From positions 1-24,377 of IMG/VR virus record IMGVR_UViG_3300020044_004943: a DNA stretch of 24,377 bases; one strand, given 5' to 3'. The notes beneath the pieces are model-generated. The model had not been told where the DNA came from and ran no database searches. It worked only from the letters and a program-made list of their open reading frames with translations. The position numbers were made by a program, and so were the translations under genes. Within the stretch, counting starts at the first letter, position 1; each line of letters starts with the position of its first letter. Below, one piece after another: positions 15,076 to 23,455 of this stretch. Origin of the DNA: a virus (taxonomy: Duplodnaviria; Caudoviricetes).

Positions 15076-15677
15076 TAAGCAAACCGCACAATCTTGTAAG
15101 GGTCCACCAACTGTGCAACATCCGGGTCCAGTTTTGAACCGACTCGCATAAAGCCGAGGTCAGGGCTAGAGAGCACACCGAGCGGTGAGTCTAGGCGCTT
15201 GAAGATGCGGCTCGCCTGGATGATGCAAGCCTGCTTGATGGCGATTGGGATGGATGCCCAGCCCCAGATGCCGGTGACCTTTACAAGGCCCTCACCGTTG
15301 AGGTATGGGAAGGTGTAATCCTGGATGGCGCGCAGTCCGTTGTATGGAACAGCCAGGCCGTCAAGGCGGCCGTTCAGTGGCAGCAGTTCATAGTCAGTGC
15401 TGGCCCAGATAGTGTCATAAGACCCATCTGCTGAGAAGTCAGTGGCCACCTCGGTGATGCTAGTGGCATCATCAATCTGGCAAACAAAGTCATTGTCTGC
15501 TGCGAAGTAGCGAGCGGTCGCAGTGCCGGCAGTGTAGAAAGACCGGGCAGTGTATGAGTCGAGCAGGCGAGATGCTGACTCGATTGCCATCTCTAGCAGT
15601 GAGTCATCAATGGTGTCAGTGATGCGCAAGGCAGCCTTCACCTCAGCCAAAGTTGTGTAACCATTTGTAATCGCCAT
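15075..15677 (-). CDS. Head-tail connector (adaptor) protein
   Basis: YTTLAEVKAALRI.D..DD.LL..AIESASRLLD.YT.R.F and WGW..IP.AIKQAC patterns of gp6/gp15-like adaptors; leaderless start. Confidence 0.85.
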   Translation of the reverse strand: MAITNGYTTLAEVKAALRITDTIDDSLLEMAIESASRLLDSYTARSFYTAGTATARYFAADNDFVCQIDDATSITEVATDFSADGSYDTIWASTDYELLPLNGRLDGLAVPYNGLRAIQDYTFPYLNGEGLVKVTGIWGWASIPIAIKQACIIQASRIFKRLDSPLGVLSSPDLGFMRVGSKLDPDVAQLVDPYKIVRFA

Positions 15678-15686
15678 GCTTCTATT

Positions 15687-16121
15687 CTATCGCTTGGCTA
15701 ATCGGGCCTTGATGTCTGTGGAGGAGATGCCGGCCGTATAAGGAATGTAAACCAAACCAATGGCGCGCTCATCCAGCCAGTCTTGAGTGAACCCCATCTG
15801 CGTGTAATAGTCGCGCCTAGCCCAGTCTGAACCAATTACAATCAGGTCAGGGCAAACCCAGTCAATCGCCATAGTGCTGTCAGCGCCGCCCCAATTTTCA
15901 ATGACCTCATCCACATAGCGGCAAGCCTTGAGCACGGCCCGGCGCTCGGCATAGTTCATGACCAAGCCTTTGCCCTTGTAAGCCTGAATGAACTCATCGC
16001 CGTTCAGACTCACAACAACCTTGCCACCCTTGCCTGCCAACTGCTTGCATCGCTTGAGGAACGCCACATGACCAGAATGAAACAAGTCAAAAGAGCCGCC
16101 AGTGTATACGGTTAGTCCCAT
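15687..16121 (-). CDS. Cytidylyltransferase (TagD/RfaE-like nucleotidyltransferase)
   Basis: YTGGSFDLFHSGH (HxGH), ER..VL.ACRYVDEV, GSDW and GISST motifs. Confidence 0.92.
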   Translation of the reverse strand: MGLTVYTGGSFDLFHSGHVAFLKRCKQLAGKGGKVVVSLNGDEFIQAYKGKGLVMNYAERRAVLKACRYVDEVIENWGGADSTMAIDWVCPDLIVIGSDWARRDYYTQMGFTQDWLDERAIGLVYIPYTAGISSTDIKARLAKR

Positions 16122-16759
16122 CGGTTTGCTCTCCTAGTCTTGAGGGTCCAGCCACCCTGAGTGTAATCACCCTCATGCTCTTTCTGAATCAACAGATTTT
16201 GGTTAGCCGCAAAAGTTCTTTGATTGACATTCTGGTAGCCAGAGTTCAGAGTGCTCGAGTTGTCATGGTGCACAACCGCATCAATGTGTTTGATTGGCAC
16301 ACCGTGATGGCGCACACGGCGCTCAAGGTCATTGTCATCGAAATATAGCGGATAGAAGCGCTCATCATAAAGCCCAACCTTGTCAACCATGCCCTCACCA
16401 AAAACAACCGCAGACCACGGCGTATTGATTTTGAGAAAGTTCAGAGCCTCAGTGTCAACCTCGCTGGCCACAGTCTCGAGGGTGCCCGGCGCAAAGTGTG
16501 CATCATCATTTACCAACAGCCAGTAGGGCGCATACGGTGTTGCCTTGATAATCAGATTCCAAGCGCCTACCAGGCCCAGGCCGTAAGGCACCCGGATGTG
16601 CCAGTGATGCTTCACAAACTCCGAGCGAGGAGACAGCCACTCACCAGTGCCAGAGTTATCAATGATGACAAGGTGCTCAACCGGGTAATCAATCGAGGCA
16701 ATGAGGCGCTCAGCCAGGTCAAACCTTTTGAGGGTTGCAAACCCTACAACCGGAATCAT
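16112..16759 (-). CDS. Glycosyltransferase, GT-A fold (family 2-like)
   Basis: VIIDNS, AWN, LVNDD, VGLYDERFYPLYFDDNDL..R motifs. Confidence 0.88.
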   Translation of the reverse strand: MIPVVGFATLKRFDLAERLIASIDYPVEHLVIIDNSGTGEWLSPRSEFVKHHWHIRVPYGLGLVGAWNLIIKATPYAPYWLLVNDDAHFAPGTLETVASEVDTEALNFLKINTPWSAVVFGEGMVDKVGLYDERFYPLYFDDNDLERRVRHHGVPIKHIDAVVHHDNSSTLNSGYQNVNQRTFAANQNLLIQKEHEGDYTQGGWTLKTRRANRWD

Positions 16760-17943
16760 TTAGCCAACAAGCGGTTGATGACCGGCAGCCAGTGCGACTG
16801 CCAGACAGTCTCAACATCGAACTGTTTAGCGAACTCAACAGCCACCTTGCTAGTCCCTCTATCAGCCTTGTAAGCCTGCTCAAGGGCGTTCACAATGGAT
16901 GGCACTAGAGGTGCTTGCCAAATAGCATTCTGGCCGGCATCCCACATCGGCTGCCCCTCAACCATCCAAGAGTCATCAGCCAACAAGTCAGGGGTTGCGC
17001 CCCAACTTGAACCGATGACGCGCACGCCACACGCCTGGGCCTCGACTGTCGGCACACCAAATCCTTCTCCGTAAGAAACAGCCAGCATCACATCCATAGC
17101 GGTGTAGAGCCCGGCCAAAGTTTCTTGACTCATGCCGTAGCGGTAATCCACAAATGGTGGGAACATTACAGCCTCTTTAGGGATGCCATACGCGGCGAGC
17201 ATCGGCAACAACTGCCAGCCACCCTGTGACCCAATCGGGTCAGTGTGCATATACAGCACCGCGTCAGGATGCTTCTGACGGAAGATGCTAAACGCCAGCA
17301 GGTTCTCGCTAAAAGCCTTGCGGTGGATTAGACCGCTGGCCTTGTTTGCAGCCACAACTCCCACAACAAACTCATCCGTCACACCCATGTAAGCGCGGCC
17401 AGGCTGACCCTCAATAGTCGGGGTCGGCTTAAAAATCTTGGTATCAATACCGTGCGGCACATACTCACACTCAATGCCCTTGGCTTCCATCTGACGCACA
17501 CCATTAGGTGCCATCGCAATCGGGGTCACATTCGGCTTGCGCAAAAACTCCTCAACCTTAGGCGGCATAGTCACATGGTCCAAAGGTGTCCACCAACCCA
17601 TGTTGATTTTGTCCCACTGAGCGCCCTGAATAACCCAGCAGTCATACAACCCAATCAGAGTGTCAGGCAGCCCAGGGTTCTGCGACTTGAAATGAGCATG
17701 ATGCATCGGGCCCACATCATTAGAGTAAGCCTCAGAGCCGCGAGGGTAATGAGGTATCTTGCCAAAGCGAGTCTGGTAAGTTGTAACATTTCCCTCCAGA
17801 CCATAGTTAGACATCGCAGCAGTCTTAGCGCCATCACGCACCAGGCGGTCTACCAGATACTCAGCCTGCTGGCCATAACCTGTCGGCTGACTTGGAGAGT
17901 TAGACCAGACAGAGACCAGGCCCTTGATTTTTGATTTGCTCAT
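16756..17943 (-). CDS. Glycosyltransferase, GT-B fold (family 4-like)
   Basis: PTGYGQQ, VPHGIDT..F.P, LY.AMDV...SYGEGFGVP.VEAQACG (EX7E); start ATG 17943 after SD GAAAGGG. Confidence 0.92.
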   Translation of the reverse strand: MSKSKIKGLVSVWSNSPSQPTGYGQQAEYLVDRLVRDGAKTAAMSNYGLEGNVTTYQTRFGKIPHYPRGSEAYSNDVGPMHHAHFKSQNPGLPDTLIGLYDCWVIQGAQWDKINMGWWTPLDHVTMPPKVEEFLRKPNVTPIAMAPNGVRQMEAKGIECEYVPHGIDTKIFKPTPTIEGQPGRAYMGVTDEFVVGVVAANKASGLIHRKAFSENLLAFSIFRQKHPDAVLYMHTDPIGSQGGWQLLPMLAAYGIPKEAVMFPPFVDYRYGMSQETLAGLYTAMDVMLAVSYGEGFGVPTVEAQACGVRVIGSSWGATPDLLADDSWMVEGQPMWDAGQNAIWQAPLVPSIVNALEQAYKADRGTSKVAVEFAKQFDVETVWQSHWLPVINRLLAK

Positions 17944-17965
17944 GTTCACCCTTTCTTTTCTTATC

Positions 17966-17987
17966 ACTCTAGCAAACACCTCAGACA
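17966..17987 (-). promoter_or_regulatory. TGTCTG-N10-TAGAGT promoter of the glycosylation cluster
   Basis: Third exact copy of the motif and spacing, directly after the capsid terminator. Confidence 0.65.
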
Positions 17988-18028
17988 AAGGGAAACCCCC
18001 CAAAGCCTACGCGCTCTGGAGGGTTTCC
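17987..18028 (-). terminator. Terminator hairpin after the major capsid gene
   Basis: GGAAACCCTCCAGAGC-GCGTAG-GCTTTGGGGGGTTTCC-CTTT with minus-strand G-U pairs. Confidence 0.75.
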
Positions 18029-18050
18029 GGTCTTTACTCGGTTGAGTGGC

Positions 18051-19226
18051 TTATGAAGCCCCACCTTTGAAATATCCAATGTGGGTTGCGTGAGTTAGGC
18101 CACCATCAATACGCATGGTGCCACGGAAGGTGGTAACATCCGAGTTGAATGCGTAGTCAGCAGACTGTGCAATCTGGATGCCGCCAGCAACGCGGACCTT
18201 GTATGAAGGTAGGTGTCCGAACAAGACGCTCTTAGCACCGGTCGCGACAGCCGCCACTGCAGGGTTCTCAAAGACACCGTAACCTAGAAGGGTTGCAGCC
18301 TGACCAGGAACAGCCGAGTCAGTCCAGATGTAGTTGCCTGCACCATCCTTCATCTTGCGAGCAGCAGCAATACCAGTCTTGCTCATCTGGAATCCGAGCC
18401 CTGGAAGCACACGGGCACCGTCTGCAATTCCATACACAAGGTCTACAAGATTCTCGTAAGTTGCGGCCCCAGACACTCCGGTGCCACCAGTTACAACAGA
18501 ACCTGCTGAGGTAGCAACACCAGTAGGCTGAACGGTTCCAGTACCGATGGTTAGTAGGCTGTTTGCCTGGTAACCAAGTGACTGACCCAACTGCTCTGCT
18601 AGGTAAGCAGTAATGTCGAAGCCTGCATCTGCAATCAGTTCATTCGCAACTGACACTAGAGCGCCAATCTTGTATGCGCCAAGTGAGAGGCTTGAGAAGG
18701 TTGGGTTCGACTCTGAGATTGCTGAGCCGGCTGAGGTAACATCAGCGGTTGAGTAAGCAGTTACGGTTGGGATAACTAGGGTCTCACCTGATGCAGTGTT
18801 GATTACCTCTGAGGTGTTTAGCATTGGGCCGATTAGGCGAGCAACACCAAATACCTGGTCATAGAAAGACTGACCGACAGTGTTTGCTGATGGAACAAGA
18901 GCGGCGCGCATTTCGCGGTTGAACTCATGGCCACGGACTTCACCGCGTGCGATTGCACGGATTAGGTCTGCATCAACAGCAGTTGCGGCAGTTGCAGGCT
19001 TGAAAGAAGCAGCAGCCTCTGATGCCTGTGCTGAACGCTCTTCTACGCGCTGAGCGGTAGCAATCGAAGCATCGCGTGCCTCGATGTCCTTCTCAATGCG
19101 GTCAATCTTCTGGATTTCTTCGGCTGATAGTCCGCGCTTTTCCTCAGCAGCGAAGTCAAGAACTTCACGCATCTGAGCAACAAGGTTTGAGCGAACCTCT
19201 GCCTGGTTCTTAATGAACTCTGACAT
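18051..19226 (-). CDS. Major capsid protein, HK97 family
   Basis: N-terminal coiled-coil delta domain; VANELIAD..FDITAYL, G.G..QP.G, KMKDG.GNYIW, LLGY.V and FR...R.DG motifs. Confidence 0.95.
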   Translation of the reverse strand: MSEFIKNQAEVRSNLVAQMREVLDFAAEEKRGLSAEEIQKIDRIEKDIEARDASIATAQRVEERSAQASEAAASFKPATAATAVDADLIRAIARGEVRGHEFNREMRAALVPSANTVGQSFYDQVFGVARLIGPMLNTSEVINTASGETLVIPTVTAYSTADVTSAGSAISESNPTFSSLSLGAYKIGALVSVANELIADAGFDITAYLAEQLGQSLGYQANSLLTIGTGTVQPTGVATSAGSVVTGGTGVSGAATYENLVDLVYGIADGARVLPGLGFQMSKTGIAAARKMKDGAGNYIWTDSAVPGQAATLLGYGVFENPAVAAVATGAKSVLFGHLPSYKVRVAGGIQIAQSADYAFNSDVTTFRGTMRIDGGLTHATHIGYFKGGAS

Positions 19227-19258
19227 TAGTAATTCCTTTGTTTAATGGGTTATGGGAT

Positions 19259-19321
19259 TCCGCCGCGCAGACGCTGAACAGACAAGAGGCCGAGCAAACT
19301 CAGAACCTGCTTCTATTCTAT
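19259..19321 (-). promoter_or_regulatory. Capsid promoter and two-hairpin 5' leader
   Basis: TAGAAT at 19315-19320 within a 14-mer identical to that at 15677-15690; hairpins at 19287-19308 and 19259-19282. Confidence 0.6.
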
Positions 19322-19351
19322 AACCTTGCTACAAGGTCGCTGAGGGCAAGC

Positions 19352-19390
19352 GAAAACCCCCAGAGCGAAAGGGGTAAACTCTCTGGGGGT
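19352..19390 (-). terminator. Terminator-like hairpin before the capsid promoter
   Basis: ACCCCCAGAG-15 nt loop-CTCTGGGGGT-TTT. Confidence 0.65.
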
Positions 19391-19408
19391 GAAACTCGCT
19401 AGTTAGGA

Positions 19409-19564
19409 TTAGCGCGTTTCTTTCGCAGCAACTACGCGGACTTCAGTGGCCGCGGTGCTGGAGTTTAGAAGGTCAATCAGTTCCTTGATGGCACCCACAT
19501 CTGGGTCACCAGAGACTTCCTTGATGACTGTGATTGCGGTTGCGATTTGTTCCTTGGTTGCCAT
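19409..19564 (-). CDS. 51-aa head-module protein
   Basis: MATKEQIATAITVIKEVSGDPDVGAIKELIDLLNSSTAATEVRVVAAKETR; TAATG coupling to the protease stop. Not in the ORF track. Confidence 0.75.
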   Translation of the reverse strand: MATKEQIATAITVIKEVSGDPDVGAIKELIDLLNSSTAATEVRVVAAKETR

Positions 19565-21399
19565 TAGTTGCCCATCTCGGCTAGTGCTAACTTCTTCTTA
19601 TATAGAGCCATCACATCGCCGTCAGTTTCTTCAATCTTACCGGCTGATAAGCGTGAGATAACATCTTGCATTAGCGCGCCTTGTTCAGCGTCTAGTTCCT
19701 CGCCAGATTCAATCTTGAGCAGAGCATCTGCTAGAGCGTCTGCTGAGATGCCATCGGTTGAGCGCACAGACACGGTGCCTGAGGTCTGCTCATAGGCAGG
19801 GGTGCTCACAAGGCTAACCTCATAGAGTGAGACATCCTCGAGGTAGCGAGTCTGGCCATCCTGTGACCATGAATCTTTGCGCACAGAAAATCCGAAACTC
19901 ATGGCATCAATCACACCATCGCGCACAAGAACAGCAATGTCATTCCCGAGCGAAGTTTGAGGGAGTGTCGCGGTGACCTTTAGGCCGCGCTCATCCTCAG
20001 TCAACTGGAGTGAACCGTTGCGAGTTGAGGCTAGAGGGTTAGAGGTGTCATGGTTCCACAACAGCATCATGCGGTTGCGTGACTGAAGCGAGCGCTTGAA
20101 AGCGCCAGGCTTGACAATCTCAGTGAAAGGTAGAGGGAGACTCGGCTGATTAAAAAGGGCCGCGTAGCCTGTGAAAGAGCGGCCATCGCCCTCAGCGCGC
20201 AACTCAACATGGGCAGAGCGAACCTCTTTGCCATCCAGCGAGCGGCCCTCAGAGCCCTCTAGGCGTGCCTTAATCTTCCAAGCGGCGCTAAGCCACTTGT
20301 CGCGGTTAGCAATAACAGGTTCAGTCATTGGCTCGCTTTCATTCATTGCATCAATCTTAGCAATAATCTGCTCAGCCTTAGCCTTGATGTCGCTGGTCGG
20401 GTCGGCCGGCTCATCGGTTGGCTGTTCCTCTGGGTGGTCTTGCATCTCTGGCAACTTCTCGGCAACCATCTCAGGCTTAGGGATGCGCTCAAGTTTAAAT
20501 ATGTTGAGAGGCATCACATACTCGGTCGGCTGGAAGATGCCATCCTCGAACTCATACAGGGCAAGCACAGCCTGGTCATCAGATACCTCAACAACCGTTG
20601 CAGCAATCTCAGGGTCCAGCACATTCCAAGATACCCAATCGCCAACAGCCAACTCATTCAGGGCAGCGCGCGTTGCATTAGTTTCCATGTCTTGCTCTTT
20701 TCTTATTCTGGCAACAACACTCTCAGCATATTCAAGAGCGCGCTGGGCTGCTGCCTTGCTAGGGCCTGAGCCCCAAAGCAGGTGAGCAACAACACCAGCC
20801 GAAGGGTAACCCTCCGAGTCAGGGTTAGCATCAGGGGCATCTAAGTCATCTAGGTGGCGTGCAATCCAAGCAGCAATGCGAATCCACTTGTCATCTGACA
20901 CAGTGCCTTCAACCATCAGGCGAGCCTCGCGGATGGTGCGCTCAACAAGCCCATCACCGCCAAGACCCTCGCTGTAATACTCCAGCCCTCGCGCGGCAGC
21001 ATCGCGCATATACTCTGGGGCCTCTTGATTGATTGCTCTCTGCTCTGGCTCAATGTCAGAAGGGTTGACAACCTTGATGCCCAGTGAGGCATAGGCCTCT
21101 CGAGTTGCTGGGTCATTCTCCACAGCAACAATCACACCCTTGGTGGCGAGCAGTTCCTCAGCCGTGGCACGCTTGTAATCCACAGAGTCATCACTAGCCA
21201 GAGGCTTCATGATTAGTCGGCTATAGGTAACACCGGCCGCTGACAGGTCTGCAACTGTTTCATCGCGCTGAGACTCAGGCCGAGCCGTCACAAGATACAG
21301 TGCTCCATTAAGCGACTGCACATAATCCCAGGTCTTATTAATCAGGTCAGAGCCGTTTAGCAGTGTGCCATCAATGTCGCAGATAATAATGTTCGGCAT
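19564..21399 (-). CDS. Multidomain HK97-type prohead protease with N-terminal HAD phosphatase domain
   Basis: N-terminal CDIDGTL, VTAR, K and VEND HAD motifs; C-terminal FTGYAALFN, LLWNHD, MSFGF and EVSLVSTPAY protease motifs. Confidence 0.9.
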   Translation of the reverse strand: MPNIIICDIDGTLLNGSDLINKTWDYVQSLNGALYLVTARPESQRDETVADLSAAGVTYSRLIMKPLASDDSVDYKRATAEELLATKGVIVAVENDPATREAYASLGIKVVNPSDIEPEQRAINQEAPEYMRDAAARGLEYYSEGLGGDGLVERTIREARLMVEGTVSDDKWIRIAAWIARHLDDLDAPDANPDSEGYPSAGVVAHLLWGSGPSKAAAQRALEYAESVVARIRKEQDMETNATRAALNELAVGDWVSWNVLDPEIAATVVEVSDDQAVLALYEFEDGIFQPTEYVMPLNIFKLERIPKPEMVAEKLPEMQDHPEEQPTDEPADPTSDIKAKAEQIIAKIDAMNESEPMTEPVIANRDKWLSAAWKIKARLEGSEGRSLDGKEVRSAHVELRAEGDGRSFTGYAALFNQPSLPLPFTEIVKPGAFKRSLQSRNRMMLLWNHDTSNPLASTRNGSLQLTEDERGLKVTATLPQTSLGNDIAVLVRDGVIDAMSFGFSVRKDSWSQDGQTRYLEDVSLYEVSLVSTPAYEQTSGTVSVRSTDGISADALADALLKIESGEELDAEQGALMQDVISRLSAGKIEETDGDVMALYKKKLALAEMGN

Positions 21400-22103
21400 C
21401 AGTCTTGCCTCATAACTGCTAGTTTGTTGCTGTTCATAAGTGAGGTGGCATTGATAGTTGCCAGCGGTGGCAGTTCTAAAATCAGTTCCTCGCCAGGTCT
21501 AAGAACCATTGAGTCATTGACAGCATCAAGCCAGATGTTGTTGTAGCCGTTGTAGTGCTCAGAGAATCCCAACTGAAAATGCACAGAGGTTGACTGTGCA
21601 CCTTGGTTGGTGAATCTAAACCCATACTCGGTGTTTGGCTCAAGGGTGTGAATCTTGGTTGATGACATCTGCCCAGCAGTCTGATTAGAGGCTGGCAAAA
21701 ACTCGGTTGAGATGGTTGTGCCGCCAGTGACAGTAGTGGCTGCCTTGAGAACTGCTTGGTGACTGTCAGCATAGTTGCGGTTTAGGTTATAGGCAGGGAT
21801 AGCGCTGCCAGTAGTGACAATGGTTGCGCCCTCAATCAGTTCAGCATAAACCGCTGAGGTATCAGTAACCATCGAGTAGAAGTCAAACTGTGCGCCTGTT
21901 GGGCCTGTTAGAAAAGAAAAAGTTACAGGGGTTATGGGTGTGATGGTGAACTGCGCATTGACTAAATAAATGTAGCCATCGCGCGCATACTCTGGAATGG
22001 TTGCTGGCTGAATGTTCTTAAGGGCATACTTAGCAAAATCGGCTGTCGGCTCAACAACAGTGACTGCTGCTGTTCCTACGGCGTAGACATTTTGAGTCAG
22101 CAT
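21399..22103 (-). CDS. Hypothetical beta-rich protein, probably structural
   Basis: 234 aa, Thr-rich, coupled to the portal (TAATG) and protease (TGATG). Confidence 0.75.
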   Translation of the reverse strand: MLTQNVYAVGTAAVTVVEPTADFAKYALKNIQPATIPEYARDGYIYLVNAQFTITPITPVTFSFLTGPTGAQFDFYSMVTDTSAVYAELIEGATIVTTGSAIPAYNLNRNYADSHQAVLKAATTVTGGTTISTEFLPASNQTAGQMSSTKIHTLEPNTEYGFRFTNQGAQSTSVHFQLGFSEHYNGYNNIWLDAVNDSMVLRPGEELILELPPLATINATSLMNSNKLAVMRQD

Positions 22104-23449
22104 TAGACCCCATAAACCGTTGCAGGATTCTCAGGGTCAATGGTGTTAACCGCTTGCAACTGAGTTGATGGCACACCTGTGTGAGCAACTGCTGGTAGGC
22201 CCAGCGCCTTGAGCACCTCGGCAGGGTCGAAGCCAACCGCAATCATCTTCTGAGCCATCGAGACCTTGCCCTCTTGCTCTGGCAAGTTAGAGGCAGACAG
22301 GTTCACATTTGCTAGAGGCACACGGTAAACATCGCCACCATCAACCGGGCTCATATCCTCAATGCGGCGAACATCATTGATGCTCATGAAGCCAGACTGT
22401 AGCGATGTTGCATAGGCTGAGATGCGCGAGTTGAAGTCTCCACGAAGCAGGCCATCAACATTGAACTTGAGGAACGCTTGCTCAGGTAGCAGGCGAGAGT
22501 AAGACCATTCCAACTTCTCGATGTATGGGCGCAAGCAGTGCTGAACAAACTGTATCCCGGATTGTTCGATACTGGAATAACTCGAGGCACCAGGCACATC
22601 CATCATGTGCAATGGGATGTTGAATAGGCGCGCGACTTCCTCAACAAAGAAGCGGCGCGACTCAATGAACTGACTCTGGTCATTCTGAATCGAGATGTCT
22701 TTGATGGTTGCGCCACCAGTGAGCACAGGCACACGGCCAGACTTACGCCAACCGCCATGACGGTTGCTCATAGAGTCTGAGAGTTGACGCGCCTGGTCAG
22801 GGGTCAGGTTACCTGGGACCTCAGCCACAAGTGAGCCAGTGACACCCTGGCCGAAGAAAGTTGCAGCAAAGTCTTGTAGGGCGATACCCAAACCGAGTGC
22901 CTCGCGCAGACGCTCGATGCGGCTCATGCCAACAATCGCGCCCGGCTCAAGCAGGTCAGTGAGGTGCATAATCTCATCAGAGGTGAGGGTCTTATCCTCG
23001 CCCTCATAGTGGAACAGTTTACGGCCGATAGCCGAGCGAGTCACCGTCATCTTCTGAGGGTCAAGTGCAACAAGGTTGATGACATCACCAGAGGTGTTGC
23101 GGAAGATGCGCACATAGGCGTTGCCCCAGATGAGCAGTGAGACAAGCACAGACTGGTAGTGGCCCTGTCTGGTCTGGTCAACATCTGGCTGGTCCACCCA
23201 TGATGGGCGAGGGCGGTAAGGCTTGCGGTTGCCATCAATGCGCTGGTAGGCATCCACTGGCAGAGTCGAGATGGTGTCAGAGATTAGGCTCACCGCGCTG
23301 TAAACAGGGATGAGGCTAAAGGCCGTCTTGGCGTTTACCTGTGTGCCGGCGTTGTTACCCAGCACAATATCGCCACCCATACCCCAGACAGTCTGGAATG
23401 AGATGGCGCGTTCTTCACGCTTAAACCTGTCAAAGATGCTTGCCATCAT
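22103..23449 (-). CDS. Portal protein, HK97 family
   Basis: VYSAVSLISDTISTLP, LLIWGNAY, QFIESRRF.VEEVARLFNIP, CLRPY and MSINDVR..EDM.P..GGD motifs. Confidence 0.95.
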   Translation of the reverse strand: MMASIFDRFKREERAISFQTVWGMGGDIVLGNNAGTQVNAKTAFSLIPVYSAVSLISDTISTLPVDAYQRIDGNRKPYRPRPSWVDQPDVDQTRQGHYQSVLVSLLIWGNAYVRIFRNTSGDVINLVALDPQKMTVTRSAIGRKLFHYEGEDKTLTSDEIMHLTDLLEPGAIVGMSRIERLREALGLGIALQDFAATFFGQGVTGSLVAEVPGNLTPDQARQLSDSMSNRHGGWRKSGRVPVLTGGATIKDISIQNDQSQFIESRRFFVEEVARLFNIPLHMMDVPGASSYSSIEQSGIQFVQHCLRPYIEKLEWSYSRLLPEQAFLKFNVDGLLRGDFNSRISAYATSLQSGFMSINDVRRIEDMSPVDGGDVYRVPLANVNLSASNLPEQEGKVSMAQKMIAVGFDPAEVLKALGLPAVAHTGVPSTQLQAVNTIDPENPATVYGV

Positions 23450-23455
23450 ACCTGC

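Noticed and set aside
20171-20785. Long plus-strand ORFs (also 431..817, 12137..12547, 16496..16873, 17452..17934, 23946..24305)
   Set aside because: Antisense shadows of well-supported minus-strand genes, with no recognisable motifs.
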